From NCBI GenBank assembly GCA_042568575.1, contig JBHPIO010000013.1:1-30112 (forward strand): a DNA stretch of 30,112 nt, read 5' to 3'. The stretch's first letter is position 1; the number at the start of each line of letters is the position of its first letter. The DNA is from Patescibacteria group bacterium. Lineage in GTDB: Bacteria; Patescibacteriota; Gracilibacteria; UBA1369; PNNO01. The notes beneath the pieces are model-generated. The model had not been told where the DNA came from. It did not search any database and saw only the letters and a program-made list of their open reading frames with translations. The position numbers and the translations under genes were made by a program. This document shows positions 17,919-27,135 of this stretch, in pieces.

Positions 17919-18158
17919 ATGATTAAGCAAAAAGAAGATGTTTATGGTAGTGCTATAAAGTTTTACTGTAAGGATTGCCACGAAATTGTTGATGCAAAAC
18001 AGGTTGGAAGAAAGAACGTCTTTAGATGTGCAGTTTGTAAGACCAAAAATGTCGCATTTGGAACCGAAAAAAGTATTAAGAATTTTTTCCATATAGAGGA
18101 TGAGGAGCCAGTTGAAGAGAAGGAGAGTGCTCCAAAGGAGGAAGCAAAAAAAGAGTAA
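17919..18158 (+). CDS. Small zinc-ribbon protein
   Basis: CKDC-x16-CAVC, VAFGT, E/K-rich tail; 10 nt downstream of the preceding gene. Confidence 0.7.
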   Translation: MIKQKEDVYGSAIKFYCKDCHEIVDAKQVGRKNVFRCAVCKTKNVAFGTEKSIKNFFHIEDEEPVEEKESAPKEEAKKE

Positions 18159-18227
18159 TTGTTTTTTAGATTTTTTTTACATTTTTCTTATATTCATGCG
18201 TCATAATAGGCGCAGGAAAATTTTCTA

Positions 18228-18256
18228 TTGACGGTGAGTGCGTACTCACCTATACT
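18228..18256 (+). promoter_or_regulatory. recA promoter with palindromic operator in the spacer
   Basis: TTGACG-17 nt-TATACT; GGTGAGT-gcgt-ACTCACC at 18233-18250. Confidence 0.75.
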
Positions 18257-18296
18257 CTGGTCAGACAATCAGTTTATTCAAATAACAAAAAATATC

Positions 18297-19319
18297 ATGA
18301 CTGAACAAAGTACAGAACGGAATAAGGCAATTGATCTTGCTTTAACCCAAATTGAAAAATCATTTGGAAAAGGCTCAATTATGAAATTGGGTGATGTGAA
18401 AAAGATTCAAATCGAAACTATTCCTACTGGATCTATTTCCTTGGATACTGCACTTGGAGGTGGAGTTCCAAGAGGAAGAATAGTTGAAATTTATGGTCCT
18501 GAGAGTTCAGGGAAAACAACATTAAGTCTTCATATAGTGGCTGAAGCTCAGAAAAAAGGTGGGCAAGCTGCGTTTATTGATGCCGAGCATGCGATGGATC
18601 CTGAATACGCAAAACGTATTGGGGTTGATACCGAAAATTTGCTTGTTTCACAGCCGGACAGTGGTGAGCAGGCACTGGAGATAGTTGAAACGTTGGTACG
18701 CTCAAATGCGCTCGATATTATCGTTGTGGACTCTGTTGCTGCTCTTACTCCTCGTGCTGAAATAGAAGGAGATATGGGAGATGCGCATATGGGATTACAG
18801 GCGAGACTAATGAGTCAAGCGCTTAGAAAACTTACTGGTGCTATCAGTAAATCGAATACAACTGTTATCTTTATCAATCAGATTCGTATGAAGATTGGTG
18901 TGATGTTTGGAAATCCAGAAACAACTACAGGAGGAAACGCACTTAAATTCTACTCTTCAATTCGAATGGAAATTCGAAGTATTGGAAAGATTGATACGGG
19001 AGTTGGTGATCAAAAACAGATTACTGGAAATCGTGTGCGTGTAAAAGTTGTTAAAAATAAGATTGCACCACCATTCAAAATGGCTGAGTTCGATATTATG
19101 TACAACAGAGGAATTTCTCATATTGGTGATTTGCTTGATCTGGCAACAAAGTATGAAATCGCTAGAAAAGCGGGTGCATTCTTTAGCTATAAAGATCTTA
19201 AGTTAGGTCAGGGTAGAGAGAATGTTAAGGATTTCCTTGCTAAGAATCAAAAGGTTGCAAAAGCAATCGAGAAAGAAGTAAGAGACACAATCTTTAAAGA
19301 GGCTCAAGCTGCAAAATAA
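18297..19319 (+). CDS. recA: Recombinase RecA
   Basis: [73 protein letters not shown]. Start is ATG 18297; the TTG at 18228 is the -35 box. Confidence 0.98.
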   Translation: MTEQSTERNKAIDLALTQIEKSFGKGSIMKLGDVKKIQIETIPTGSISLDTALGGGVPRGRIVEIYGPESSGKTTLSLHIVAEAQKKGGQAAFIDAEHAMDPEYAKRIGVDTENLLVSQPDSGEQALEIVETLVRSNALDIIVVDSVAALTPRAEIEGDMGDAHMGLQARLMSQALRKLTGAISKSNTTVIFINQIRMKIGVMFGNPETTTGGNALKFYSSIRMEIRSIGKIDTGVGDQKQITGNRVRVKVVKNKIAPPFKMAEFDIMYNRGISHIGDLLDLATKYEIARKAGAFFSYKDLKLGQGRENVKDFLAKNQKVAKAIEKEVRDTIFKEAQAAK

Positions 19320-19320
19320 T

Positions 19321-19776
19321 ATGGATGACTCTTATCAAAAACTGCTTACGTATTCACTACGTTTAATTGCCAAAAAACGTTATACCGAACATGAGCTTTT
19401 AACTAAGCTTAAGCGGAAAAAAGAAGGCTCGAAGAAAGACAAAGACATGGTGATTAGTCGACTTAAGGAACTCAATTACATTGATGATGAAATTTTTGCT
19501 AAGGACTTTATTAAAACTAGGTCGGAATTGAGTCCGCGTGGAAGTAGAATGTTAAGTTGGGAACTTAGACGAAAAGGCATTAAAAAGGAAAGTATAGAAA
19601 AAACTTTGGAGGCTGCAGAGATAAATGAAGAGGAATTAATATCGCGTTTACTTGAACGCAAAAAGAAATCTCTAAGCAGCCTTTCCAGGGATAAAAGACG
19701 TAAAAAAATAATATCGCTGTTGGGATCTCGAGGATTTAATCCTTCAACTATTTACAAAATCATAGAGAGGTGCTAA
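19321..19776 (+). CDS. recX: Regulatory protein RecX
   Basis: Follows recA by 1 nt; RYTEHEL..KL, YIDDEIFA, RGSRMLSWELRRKGI, L.SRGF. Confidence 0.88.
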   Translation: MDDSYQKLLTYSLRLIAKKRYTEHELLTKLKRKKEGSKKDKDMVISRLKELNYIDDEIFAKDFIKTRSELSPRGSRMLSWELRRKGIKKESIEKTLEAAEINEEELISRLLERKKKSLSSLSRDKRRKKIISLLGSRGFNPSTIYKIIERC

Positions 19777-19779
19777 TAT
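19751..19779 (+). promoter_or_regulatory. Putative nusA promoter within the recX 3' end
   Basis: TTTACA-17 nt-TAATAT with extended TGc. Confidence 0.55.
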
Positions 19780-19793
19780 CACATTGAAAGTAA

Positions 19794-19830
19794 AGCAGGC
19801 TAGTGTTTAAAACTAGGCTGCTCTTTTTTT
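19794..19830 (+). terminator. Intrinsic terminator/attenuator upstream of nusA
   Basis: AGCAG-G-CTAGT gtttaaa ACTAG-G-CTGCT followed by CTTTTTTT; ends 21 nt before the nusA ATG. Confidence 0.7.
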
Positions 19831-19851
19831 ATTAATCTTAAACGTATAAAC

Positions 19852-21111
19852 ATGCAGCAATCACAATTTATGGCAGCGATCAATCAGATCTGTGATGAAA
19901 AAAATATCCCAAAGGAAAAAGTTCTTGAAACGATCCAGGCCGCGCTTCGAGCGGCATACCGTAAAGATTACGGTAATCGTGAACAGAATGTCGATGTTGA
20001 ACTTAGCGATGGCGCGAATTTTGCGACAGTATTTCTTATTAGAGAAGTAGTTAAAAAAGTGGAAAATGAAGATATTGAAATTTCGGTAAAAGAAGCTCAT
20101 AAATACAAGAAGAACGCGAAAGTTGGAGATGAGATTCGAATTGATGTTACACCTATGGAGTATGGAAGAATTGCGGCACAGGCGGCAAAACAGGTGATTA
20201 TACAGCGTATTCAGGAAGCTGAACGTGAAGTAATGTACGACACATTCAAAGACCGTGAAAATGAGCTTATTAACGCGCTTGTTCATAGAGTAGAACATCA
20301 ACAAGTTTATGTGAATCTTGATAATAAAATTACAACAATGCTTCCCCCAGATCATCAGATTCCTGGTGAGCAGTATTATGGCGGACAACGTATTAAGCTT
20401 TATCTTGATAAGGTAATCAAGACCACCAAGGGTCCTCAACTTGTTATTTCAAGGACGCACCCAAACCTTGTTCGAAAACTTCTAGAACTTGAAATTCCTG
20501 AAATTAAATCAGGTGTTGTTGAGATAAAAGGAATTGCGCGTGAGGCTGGTGTTCGATGTAAAGTTGCAGTTTCTTCTAATGATGAAAAGATTGATCCAAT
20601 TGGATCTTGTGTTGGGCAAAAGGGTGTTCGTGTTCAGAACATTATGGATGAGCTTAATGGCGAAAAAATAGATATTATCCCATGGATCGAAGAGCAACAG
20701 GACTACATTAAGATTGCACTTGCTCCTGCAAAAGTTGCACATATTAAACTTGATGAAAAAGCTAAACGAGCTGCTTGTTATGTGAACCCAGATCAACGTC
20801 CACTAGCGATTGGAAAGAACGGGCAAAATGTACGTCTGGCTTCAGAGTTAACTAATTGGGAAATTGATATTTTGGATATTGGAGACCTTAATGAGAAGGA
20901 TGCTGCGGCAAAAGAAAAAGCGGAAAAGAAAGAAGCTTTGACAATAGATGATTTAGATATCAAGAAGACTATTTTAGATAAATTAAGAGCAGCAAATCTT
21001 ACTTCGATAGAGCAGCTAAAAGGACTGAGTGTAAAGGACCTTACCTCTGTCGAAGGAATTGGAGAAAAATCGGCTGAAGGGATTGTTGCGGCGATTAAAG
21101 GTGTTAAGTAA
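19852..21111 (+). CDS. nusA: Transcription termination/antitermination factor NusA
   Basis: YGRIAAQAAKQVIIQRI, ISRTHP, LEIPEI, AREAG.RCKVAV, DPIGSCVGQKG.RV, AIGKNGQNVRLA; C-terminal HhH (VEGIGEKSA). Confidence 0.97.
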   Translation: MQQSQFMAAINQICDEKNIPKEKVLETIQAALRAAYRKDYGNREQNVDVELSDGANFATVFLIREVVKKVENEDIEISVKEAHKYKKNAKVGDEIRIDVTPMEYGRIAAQAAKQVIIQRIQEAEREVMYDTFKDRENELINALVHRVEHQQVYVNLDNKITTMLPPDHQIPGEQYYGGQRIKLYLDKVIKTTKGPQLVISRTHPNLVRKLLELEIPEIKSGVVEIKGIAREAGVRCKVAVSSNDEKIDPIGSCVGQKGVRVQNIMDELNGEKIDIIPWIEEQQDYIKIALAPAKVAHIKLDEKAKRAACYVNPDQRPLAIGKNGQNVRLASELTNWEIDILDIGDLNEKDAAAKEKAEKKEALTIDDLDIKKTILDKLRAANLTSIEQLKGLSVKDLTSVEGIGEKSAEGIVAAIKGVK

Positions 21112-21128
21112 ATAAGTCCCCAGAGGGC

Positions 21129-21157
21129 TTGACAAAAGACCCAAAATAGTGCATTAT
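21129..21157 (+). promoter_or_regulatory. Promoter of the lipoprotein cassette overlapped by an 11-bp inverted repeat
   Basis: TTGACA-17 nt-CATTAT; AGACCCAAAAT (21137-21147) / ATTTTGGGTCT (21170-21180). Confidence 0.55.
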
Positions 21158-21248
21158 GTATTCCTTTGCATTTTGGGTCTGTTTTCTTGTCTGAATGGCA
21201 GCCCCGATTGTACGGGCTGCTAATTGAAAAATTGAAAGGAGGTGCCCA

Positions 21249-21530
21249 ATGAGGTACTTGCTTATGGTTCTGGCCATTATGGCCGCGAGTTTGACTGCGT
21301 GTTCCAGCACCACTAAGTCCGAGGATACGGACGACTGGAATTTGATCAGCATGCCCTCGGATTTCCGTGTGGGCAGGTCGGTCGACAAAACGGTGCAGAT
21401 CACGTGCGTCACAATCAAATCAACCAGGGAAGAAGTTCGCATGAGCGAATGGCTGCGAATGCAGCTCCCCCAAACCGAACTCAAGAGCGTCAAGCTCTGC
21501 GAGGCGGGGAAAGGAGACCGCCAACCGTAG
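21249..21530 (+). CDS. Small putative lipoprotein
   Basis: MRYLLMVLAIMAASLTA-C lipobox; SD AAGGAGGTG at 21236-21244; two further Cys; GC-rich; has its own terminator. Confidence 0.75.
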   Translation: MRYLLMVLAIMAASLTACSSTTKSEDTDDWNLISMPSDFRVGRSVDKTVQITCVTIKSTREEVRMSEWLRMQLPQTELKSVKLCEAGKGDRQP

Positions 21531-21579
21531 CAAACCAACCACCTCCGTTCAACAACTAGTTTCGTAGCAGTTTATAAAA

Positions 21580-21610
21580 CCACGGTGTGTTCGCACGCCG
21601 TGGCTTTTTT
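21580..21610 (+). terminator. Intrinsic terminator of the lipoprotein gene
   Basis: 10-bp stem CCACGGTGTG-TTCG-CACGCCGTGG then CTTTTTT. Confidence 0.88.
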
Positions 21611-21622
21611 ATATATGAAGGA

Positions 21623-21651
21623 TTGAAAAAAGGTCAAAAAAGTGCTAAAAT
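21623..21651 (+). promoter_or_regulatory. Promoter of the 857-aa ORF
   Basis: TTGAAA-17 nt-TAAAAT with extended TGc. Confidence 0.6.
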
Positions 21652-21674
21652 ATAAGGAAAAATAAAAATGAAAA

Positions 21675-24248
21675 ATGGGAGAAACAAATCGGCGTAGGCC
21701 TGAAACAAAATCTGCAAACTTAAATGACCCTGAAAAAGCGGCTCTAGTTAAGTTATACAAAAGCACGCAATATATACAGCTTTATAATGTTCCTTTTACA
21801 GGAGATAAAACGAATCCGCTTATTGCAAAGCTAAAGAAGCTTAGAAAATACAGGCGTTATTCAGTGCCAGGGCAAATTCTGGTGGATTTTTACAATGGAA
21901 TTAAAGACAAACTTGATAAAGAGCATCCACTAGTTAGAAGGCTGTTTATTGGCGTGCTTATGAGAAGATTAAAATATAAAGGAAGATCGCCTGGTTTGAA
22001 GCCCTTTATGAATCTCATAGTTGCTGAGACAGGCAGACTCAAGCCACTTTTAGTAAAACATATTAAAGAACTTATTCAGCTCGTGAAAGACCTACCTCCT
22101 GGGCGTTATAAAGACCGAATGATTAATGAACTTCTCACATCAGGAGGAATAAAAGGTCCACTGCAAAGGCCCGGCGATCCTTTGTTTGGCAAAGAAGGAA
22201 ACGCCGCGAGAGGAGGGGAGCAGCCTGTTGAAGAATATGGGCTACTTGAACCAATTACACCAGTTCTTGGCGGAAATGAAATATTGGATCCAAAAACTTT
22301 AGATCCTCTCCAGCTAATTCTATATAAAAGGCTTGTGAGAGGATACAATAAGTTGGCAACAACACTTCCAAAAAAACTTGCACCACTATTTGCTTTTCAT
22401 AAGCTCAGATATTTGAAGAAAAAACTATACAAAGCAATTCATGATTTTGGTGCATGGATTGCTGAGACTGTAAAAAAAATGCCTATCACAAAGGTTAATG
22501 AGCTTGAAAGCATTTATAGAGCAAGGGTTAAAGCATTATCACTTCCATCTCTTCCATACAAGATAGACGTTCCCGCTCCATGGTTTCTTAAAATTCCAGG
22601 AATCACACCAAGTAAAATAAAAAAACTTAGAAAGTTACTTACTAATATTCGAGGTAAAGCAGAATCAAGTTTAAGAAAAGCAGTACTAGCTGAGGCAAAA
22701 TCTATAAAAAGAATCTCGCAATACGCACCAATGGTCTTGACGCAATTGAAGCGAAGGAAAATGTACAGAAATAGTCCAACAAACAGAGTATTTCTTAATC
22801 GAATTTGGGACTTTGTTTATGCTCAATACAAAAGTGCACCGGAAGGTAGTAAAGGGGAATATGAGTTCTATTCTATGGTATTAGATAGTATTAAAGACGA
22901 TAATGAATTGCTTAGCATTATTGATAAAGTTAAACCGCTCCTCGTTGCAGTACTTAAGTTTAATCCAGAAGCTAATAAACTAAGTAAAGCATATTTTGGA
23001 AAAAGTTTTAGCCAGTTATCAATTACTGAAATTGAATCTATTCTAAAGCTATTATTGCCTTCTAGAACACTTACTGTAAGAGAAAAACAAACAACTGTAT
23101 ATAAAGATGGCGTTGCGTTCATGAGAAGAATCCTATTCGAAAATCTTGGCGTGGATGCGATGAAAAATAAAAATCATGCAAAATATCTTGCGATGACAAC
23201 TATTGCTCATCGGTTAGTCATTATTTATACATCTCTTGCAACAGAAAGAAATGTTTTAAAGGCAAAAAAGAGGATTGCTGAATTTGTACAAGGATTTGCT
23301 ACTATGAAAAAAATCTTAGGAAAAGAGGGTATGCGAGCATTGACTATTAAAGCTCCTGGCTTCGCTTTTGTATTAAAAAAGCCGGAACAAATAGTGTTCT
23401 TTTTAAAAACAATTGCTGAAAAGCAAAGTGTAAAAGCTGCACTTTCTAGATTTGAAAAAATTCATAGTTTGAAACATCCTCCAGTTGTAAAAGCGATGAT
23501 GGGTAGGGTACAAAACATAAGAAAAGATTTATTGGGACAGGAAAAAGCTTACAAGGCACAAAGGGATAGGGCATTTAAAAAAGGAAAGCTTGATTATGGA
23601 GTAATGAAAAAGATTCAAGCTATTCGAGCGGAAATAAAAAAAATGCAGCATTTAGTTGCGCTTCTAGTGGAGACAACAACTGAGGCAGCCTTCAAAAAAC
23701 TAGAGCCAGTAATTAAAGGTCTTCTTTACGGAACTAGATCTCTTAAAGTAAGTTCAAGAGCTCAAAAACAAATTTCTTTTACTGCAGTGGAAAAATCTCG
23801 AAGATTAAAAACGAACTACGACAGTCTTTTTTACGTATCAACGCATCTCCAAAAATACATACTCATGATGATTAGAATGGTTTATTTAAACAAAGGACTT
23901 AAGTATGAATATGCGAAAATATCTGGTGCAATTAAGGGTATTATTCTTACATACGGTTATGAAAAGCAGCGGGAAATTGCAAAACGGGGAGCATATGATT
24001 ATTTAAGAAGTCCAGTAGAACGAAAGGCGTTCATCAAAGAAGTTGTTGCCAGAGTGAACGGATTTTTGAAAACCACGAAATTAACAGACAAAAACCATAA
24101 AGTAGTGCCGCTTATGCATATTACTGGATCATTTGAGGCATTAGTAGAGGGATATATTCGCTCAAGAATTATCCCAAAAGCAAAACGTATTGCTCGTGCT
24201 AAAAGGAAACAACGACCACCACAAGCACCTGGAACCAAACCAACTTAA
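21675..24248 (+). CDS. Large Lys/Arg-rich hypothetical protein
   Basis: 857-codon ORF with upstream promoter; no recognisable motif, signal peptide or TM segment. Confidence 0.8.
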   Translation: MGETNRRRPETKSANLNDPEKAALVKLYKSTQYIQLYNVPFTGDKTNPLIAKLKKLRKYRRYSVPGQILVDFYNGIKDKLDKEHPLVRRLFIGVLMRRLKYKGRSPGLKPFMNLIVAETGRLKPLLVKHIKELIQLVKDLPPGRYKDRMINELLTSGGIKGPLQRPGDPLFGKEGNAARGGEQPVEEYGLLEPITPVLGGNEILDPKTLDPLQLILYKRLVRGYNKLATTLPKKLAPLFAFHKLRYLKKKLYKAIHDFGAWIAETVKKMPITKVNELESIYRARVKALSLPSLPYKIDVPAPWFLKIPGITPSKIKKLRKLLTNIRGKAESSLRKAVLAEAKSIKRISQYAPMVLTQLKRRKMYRNSPTNRVFLNRIWDFVYAQYKSAPEGSKGEYEFYSMVLDSIKDDNELLSIIDKVKPLLVAVLKFNPEANKLSKAYFGKSFSQLSITEIESILKLLLPSRTLTVREKQTTVYKDGVAFMRRILFENLGVDAMKNKNHAKYLAMTTIAHRLVIIYTSLATERNVLKAKKRIAEFVQGFATMKKILGKEGMRALTIKAPGFAFVLKKPEQIVFFLKTIAEKQSVKAALSRFEKIHSLKHPPVVKAMMGRVQNIRKDLLGQEKAYKAQRDRAFKKGKLDYGVMKKIQAIRAEIKKMQHLVALLVETTTEAAFKKLEPVIKGLLYGTRSLKVSSRAQKQISFTAVEKSRRLKTNYDSLFYVSTHLQKYILMMIRMVYLNKGLKYEYAKISGAIKGIILTYGYEKQREIAKRGAYDYLRSPVERKAFIKEVVARVNGFLKTTKLTDKNHKVVPLMHITGSFEALVEGYIRSRIIPKAKRIARAKRKQRPPQAPGTKPT

Positions 24249-24315
24249 TCCATATATGCTTTATTTAAGCCCTGTTTTCTGTTATACTTTATAGATTATA
24301 AATTGAGATCGTACC

Positions 24316-26025
24316 ATGGCTGACGATGCAAAGACAAAACAGGACGAAGATCAAAAAACTCAGGCAGATCCTGCTGCAGCTCCTCCAAAGAAAATTAAAA
24401 AGGGGCTTGAGTCGATAGATCGTGATTACAAAGAGCGTGAAGCACTTGAAAGGGCAAAAGAGCTTGGAATTTCATATGTAAATCTTTCTCAGACTCCTAT
24501 TAATCCTGATCTCCTCAGAATTCTTGAGCCGGAAGTGGCGAAGAAGGCGCAAATTATGCCGTTTTTTAGAATTGGAAGACGAATTAGGGTAGCCGTCGTG
24601 AATCCTGATAATCCTGAAACAAAAAAGGTTATTGAGGATCTTGAGAATCAAAAATTCTTGTTGAATGTGAATTTAGCATCTGAACCCGGTTTTCAGGAAG
24701 CGCTAAAGAATTATGACTCAGAGCAATATAAAGTTAAGAAAAAAGTAGAAGCACAGTATGAAGAAAAAGATGTGAAAGCGTACGAAAAGGAACTTGCAGA
24801 AATGACTGATTTGAAGGAAAAAATCGAATCTGGGACATCTGAAGAAGGATTGCAATACATCAATGTCGGAGCAATGAAAACGGGTGCTTCGGATATTCAC
24901 TTTGAACCTGAAGAGAAAGAAATAAGAGTTAGGTATCGTATTGATGGAGTTTTGCATACAGTTATGAGGCTTGATCATAAAATTTATAAGAATTTGGCTA
25001 ATCAACTTAAGTACATTTCAAAGATGAAGTTGAATGTATCGAATGTCCCTCAGGACGGAAGATTTAGCTTTATTCTAAATGAAAGAAAGATTGATGTTCG
25101 TGTATCTGATATCCCAACCCAGTTTGGAGAATCGTTTGTACTTAGACTGCTGGATTCAGCAAAAGGCGTTTTAAGATACGATGAAATGGGATTTGAGAAC
25201 GAATACCTGACGAAGATGGAGAGGCTAAAATCTATTAATAATGGAATGATTTTATGTACTGGACCAACTGGTTCGGGTAAAACATCTACACTTTATGCAA
25301 TTCTGGATCAGCTAAATTCGTCTGAATCTAAAATTATTACACTTGAAGATCCAATCGAATATAACCTAAAAGGAGTTGCGCAAAGTCAGATAAATGAAAA
25401 GCGTGGCTTTACTTTTGCAAGTGGATTGAAGTCTGTTTTAAGGCAAGATCCGGATATCGTGATGATTGGGGAAATTCGTGATATCGATACAGCGGAAACT
25501 TCGTCTCAAGCTGCACTTACTGGTCATGTGGTGCTCAGTACGCTGCATACAAACAGCGCAGTGGAAACTATTCCGCGACTTATTAATATGGGACTTCCGC
25601 CATTTATGGTGGCTCCGGCGCTTAATACAATTATTGCTCAGAGGCTCGTAAGACGAGTTTGTGATCACTGTAAAGTTCAAAAGACTATTCCAGCAGCAAT
25701 GCTTAAAGATATTGAAAGAACAGTAGAATCAATTAAAAAAGTTAAGCCTGATTTGGCAGCAGAAATCCCTAAAAAACTCCCATTTCCAGTTGGATGTGAT
25801 CAATGTAGTCATACAGGTTACAAAGGGCGAATCCTGGTTACAGAAATGATTACGCTCGACTATGAAATTAGAGATATGATCCTTAAAGAGCAAAGTTCAA
25901 ACAGTATTCTTTTGGCTGCACGACGAAAAGGTCTAATCTCAATGCGTGAAGACGGGATTCTAAAAGTTCTAAAAGGCCTTACAACCATTGAAGAAGTCTT
26001 CAGAGTTACAAGTGTGGCTAGATAA
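24316..26025 (+). CDS. pilB: GspE/PilB-family type IV pilus/type II secretion assembly ATPase
   Basis: T2SSE N-terminal domain, ASDIHFEP, RYRIDG, PQDGR, Walker A GPTGSGKTS, TLEDPIEY, LRQDPDIVMIGEIRD, TGHVVLSTLHTN, Zn motif CDHC...GCDQC, GYKGR. Confidence 0.93.
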   Translation: MADDAKTKQDEDQKTQADPAAAPPKKIKKGLESIDRDYKEREALERAKELGISYVNLSQTPINPDLLRILEPEVAKKAQIMPFFRIGRRIRVAVVNPDNPETKKVIEDLENQKFLLNVNLASEPGFQEALKNYDSEQYKVKKKVEAQYEEKDVKAYEKELAEMTDLKEKIESGTSEEGLQYINVGAMKTGASDIHFEPEEKEIRVRYRIDGVLHTVMRLDHKIYKNLANQLKYISKMKLNVSNVPQDGRFSFILNERKIDVRVSDIPTQFGESFVLRLLDSAKGVLRYDEMGFENEYLTKMERLKSINNGMILCTGPTGSGKTSTLYAILDQLNSSESKIITLEDPIEYNLKGVAQSQINEKRGFTFASGLKSVLRQDPDIVMIGEIRDIDTAETSSQAALTGHVVLSTLHTNSAVETIPRLINMGLPPFMVAPALNTIIAQRLVRRVCDHCKVQKTIPAAMLKDIERTVESIKKVKPDLAAEIPKKLPFPVGCDQCSHTGYKGRILVTEMITLDYEIRDMILKEQSSNSILLAARRKGLISMREDGILKVLKGLTTIEEVFRVTSVAR

Positions 26026-27091
26026 TAAAATACCTTCCACCCCTGTTTTTTTGAATCAGGCCATTTAGTTCAAGCTCTGTTAGCGCAACATTGAGGCTTT
26101 GAGGAATCAAATTAGTAAAACGTTCAAGTTCGTTTAAAGACAGCGGTTTTTGAATAAGCGCTTTAGCCACAATTTTTTGATTTTGAGACAGATGAAGTAT
26201 CAAGTTATCTTTATGACGAGGAATCGAAAGAGTCTCTAAAATATCTTCAGGCTCCTTTAAAAGAGTTGCCGAAGAAGTTTTGATTAAACGATTCGTTCCT
26301 TTGCTTTTTTCATTATAAATGTTGCCGGGAACAGCGAACACTTCTCTCCCCTGATCCAGTGCATATTGAGCCGTAATACTCGCTCCTGACCTTTCTCCGG
26401 CCTCAACAACAATAGTCGCTTTCGATAAACCGGAGATAATTCTGTTCCTCAAAGGGAAATGCCATTTTTGTGCTTCCAGATCAGGCGGATACTCGGAAAC
26501 AAGAGCTCCATTTCTGGAGATTTTATACGCAAATTGTCTCAAATAATGAGGGATTCGATTCAGCCCAAATCCCAAAACAGCAACAGTTTGCATTTTGTTT
26601 TCAAGAGCTGCTTTATGAGCAGTCGAATCTATTCCATATGCCATCCCACTTGTAATGACAAGGTTGTATCCCTGCAAAGTTCTAACAATTTGTTTAGTAA
26701 CAGATTCACCATATCCAGTCATCTGACGAGTTCCAACAATGCTAACAAAAGCCTTGGAAGAAGAGGGAATTTTGCCCTTAACGTACAAAATTGCAGGTGG
26801 CAAATGATTGTTAAGATTTTTTAACTGTGGAGGATATTCGTCATCGTCACGACAAACTAGAACTTTGATATCTTGATGAATTATCTTGGAAAATTCCTGG
26901 GAAGGATCAAGAGTTTTGCGGAGCTCACGAAGTTTTTTAAGATAAATTGAGCGCACACCAATTTCAAACAAGCGTGATTCAGACGCTTTGTCCCAGGCCA
27001 GCTTTAAATTCTGGTACGTATTAAGCACAGCCCAGAAAGGCTTTGGCATGCCCTCGAATACTAAATTCCATGCGTGAAAATAAGGTTTCAT
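26018..27091 (-). CDS. dprA: DNA-processing protein DprA
   Basis: YPPQL...PPAILYVKG, SIVGTR..T.YG, SGMAYGID..AH, SEYPP....WHFPLRNRIISGLS, VEAGERSGASITA, GREVFAVPG, C-terminal LTELELNG. Confidence 0.95.
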   Translation of the reverse strand: MKPYFHAWNLVFEGMPKPFWAVLNTYQNLKLAWDKASESRLFEIGVRSIYLKKLRELRKTLDPSQEFSKIIHQDIKVLVCRDDDEYPPQLKNLNNHLPPAILYVKGKIPSSSKAFVSIVGTRQMTGYGESVTKQIVRTLQGYNLVITSGMAYGIDSTAHKAALENKMQTVAVLGFGLNRIPHYLRQFAYKISRNGALVSEYPPDLEAQKWHFPLRNRIISGLSKATIVVEAGERSGASITAQYALDQGREVFAVPGNIYNEKSKGTNRLIKTSSATLLKEPEDILETLSIPRHKDNLILHLSQNQKIVAKALIQKPLSLNELERFTNLIPQSLNVALTELELNGLIQKNRGGRYFII

Positions 27092-27135
27092 GAGTGCACA
27101 ATATCAGGCACTTGTAAAAAACCTTTAAAAATTAT

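Noticed and set aside
18228-18296. 23-aa N-terminal extension of RecA in the ORF track
   Set aside because: The TTG is the -35 box; RecA homology begins after ATG 18297.
19861-21538. Minus-strand ORFs of 192, 95 and 144 aa
   Set aside because: Antisense to nusA and the lipoprotein cassette.
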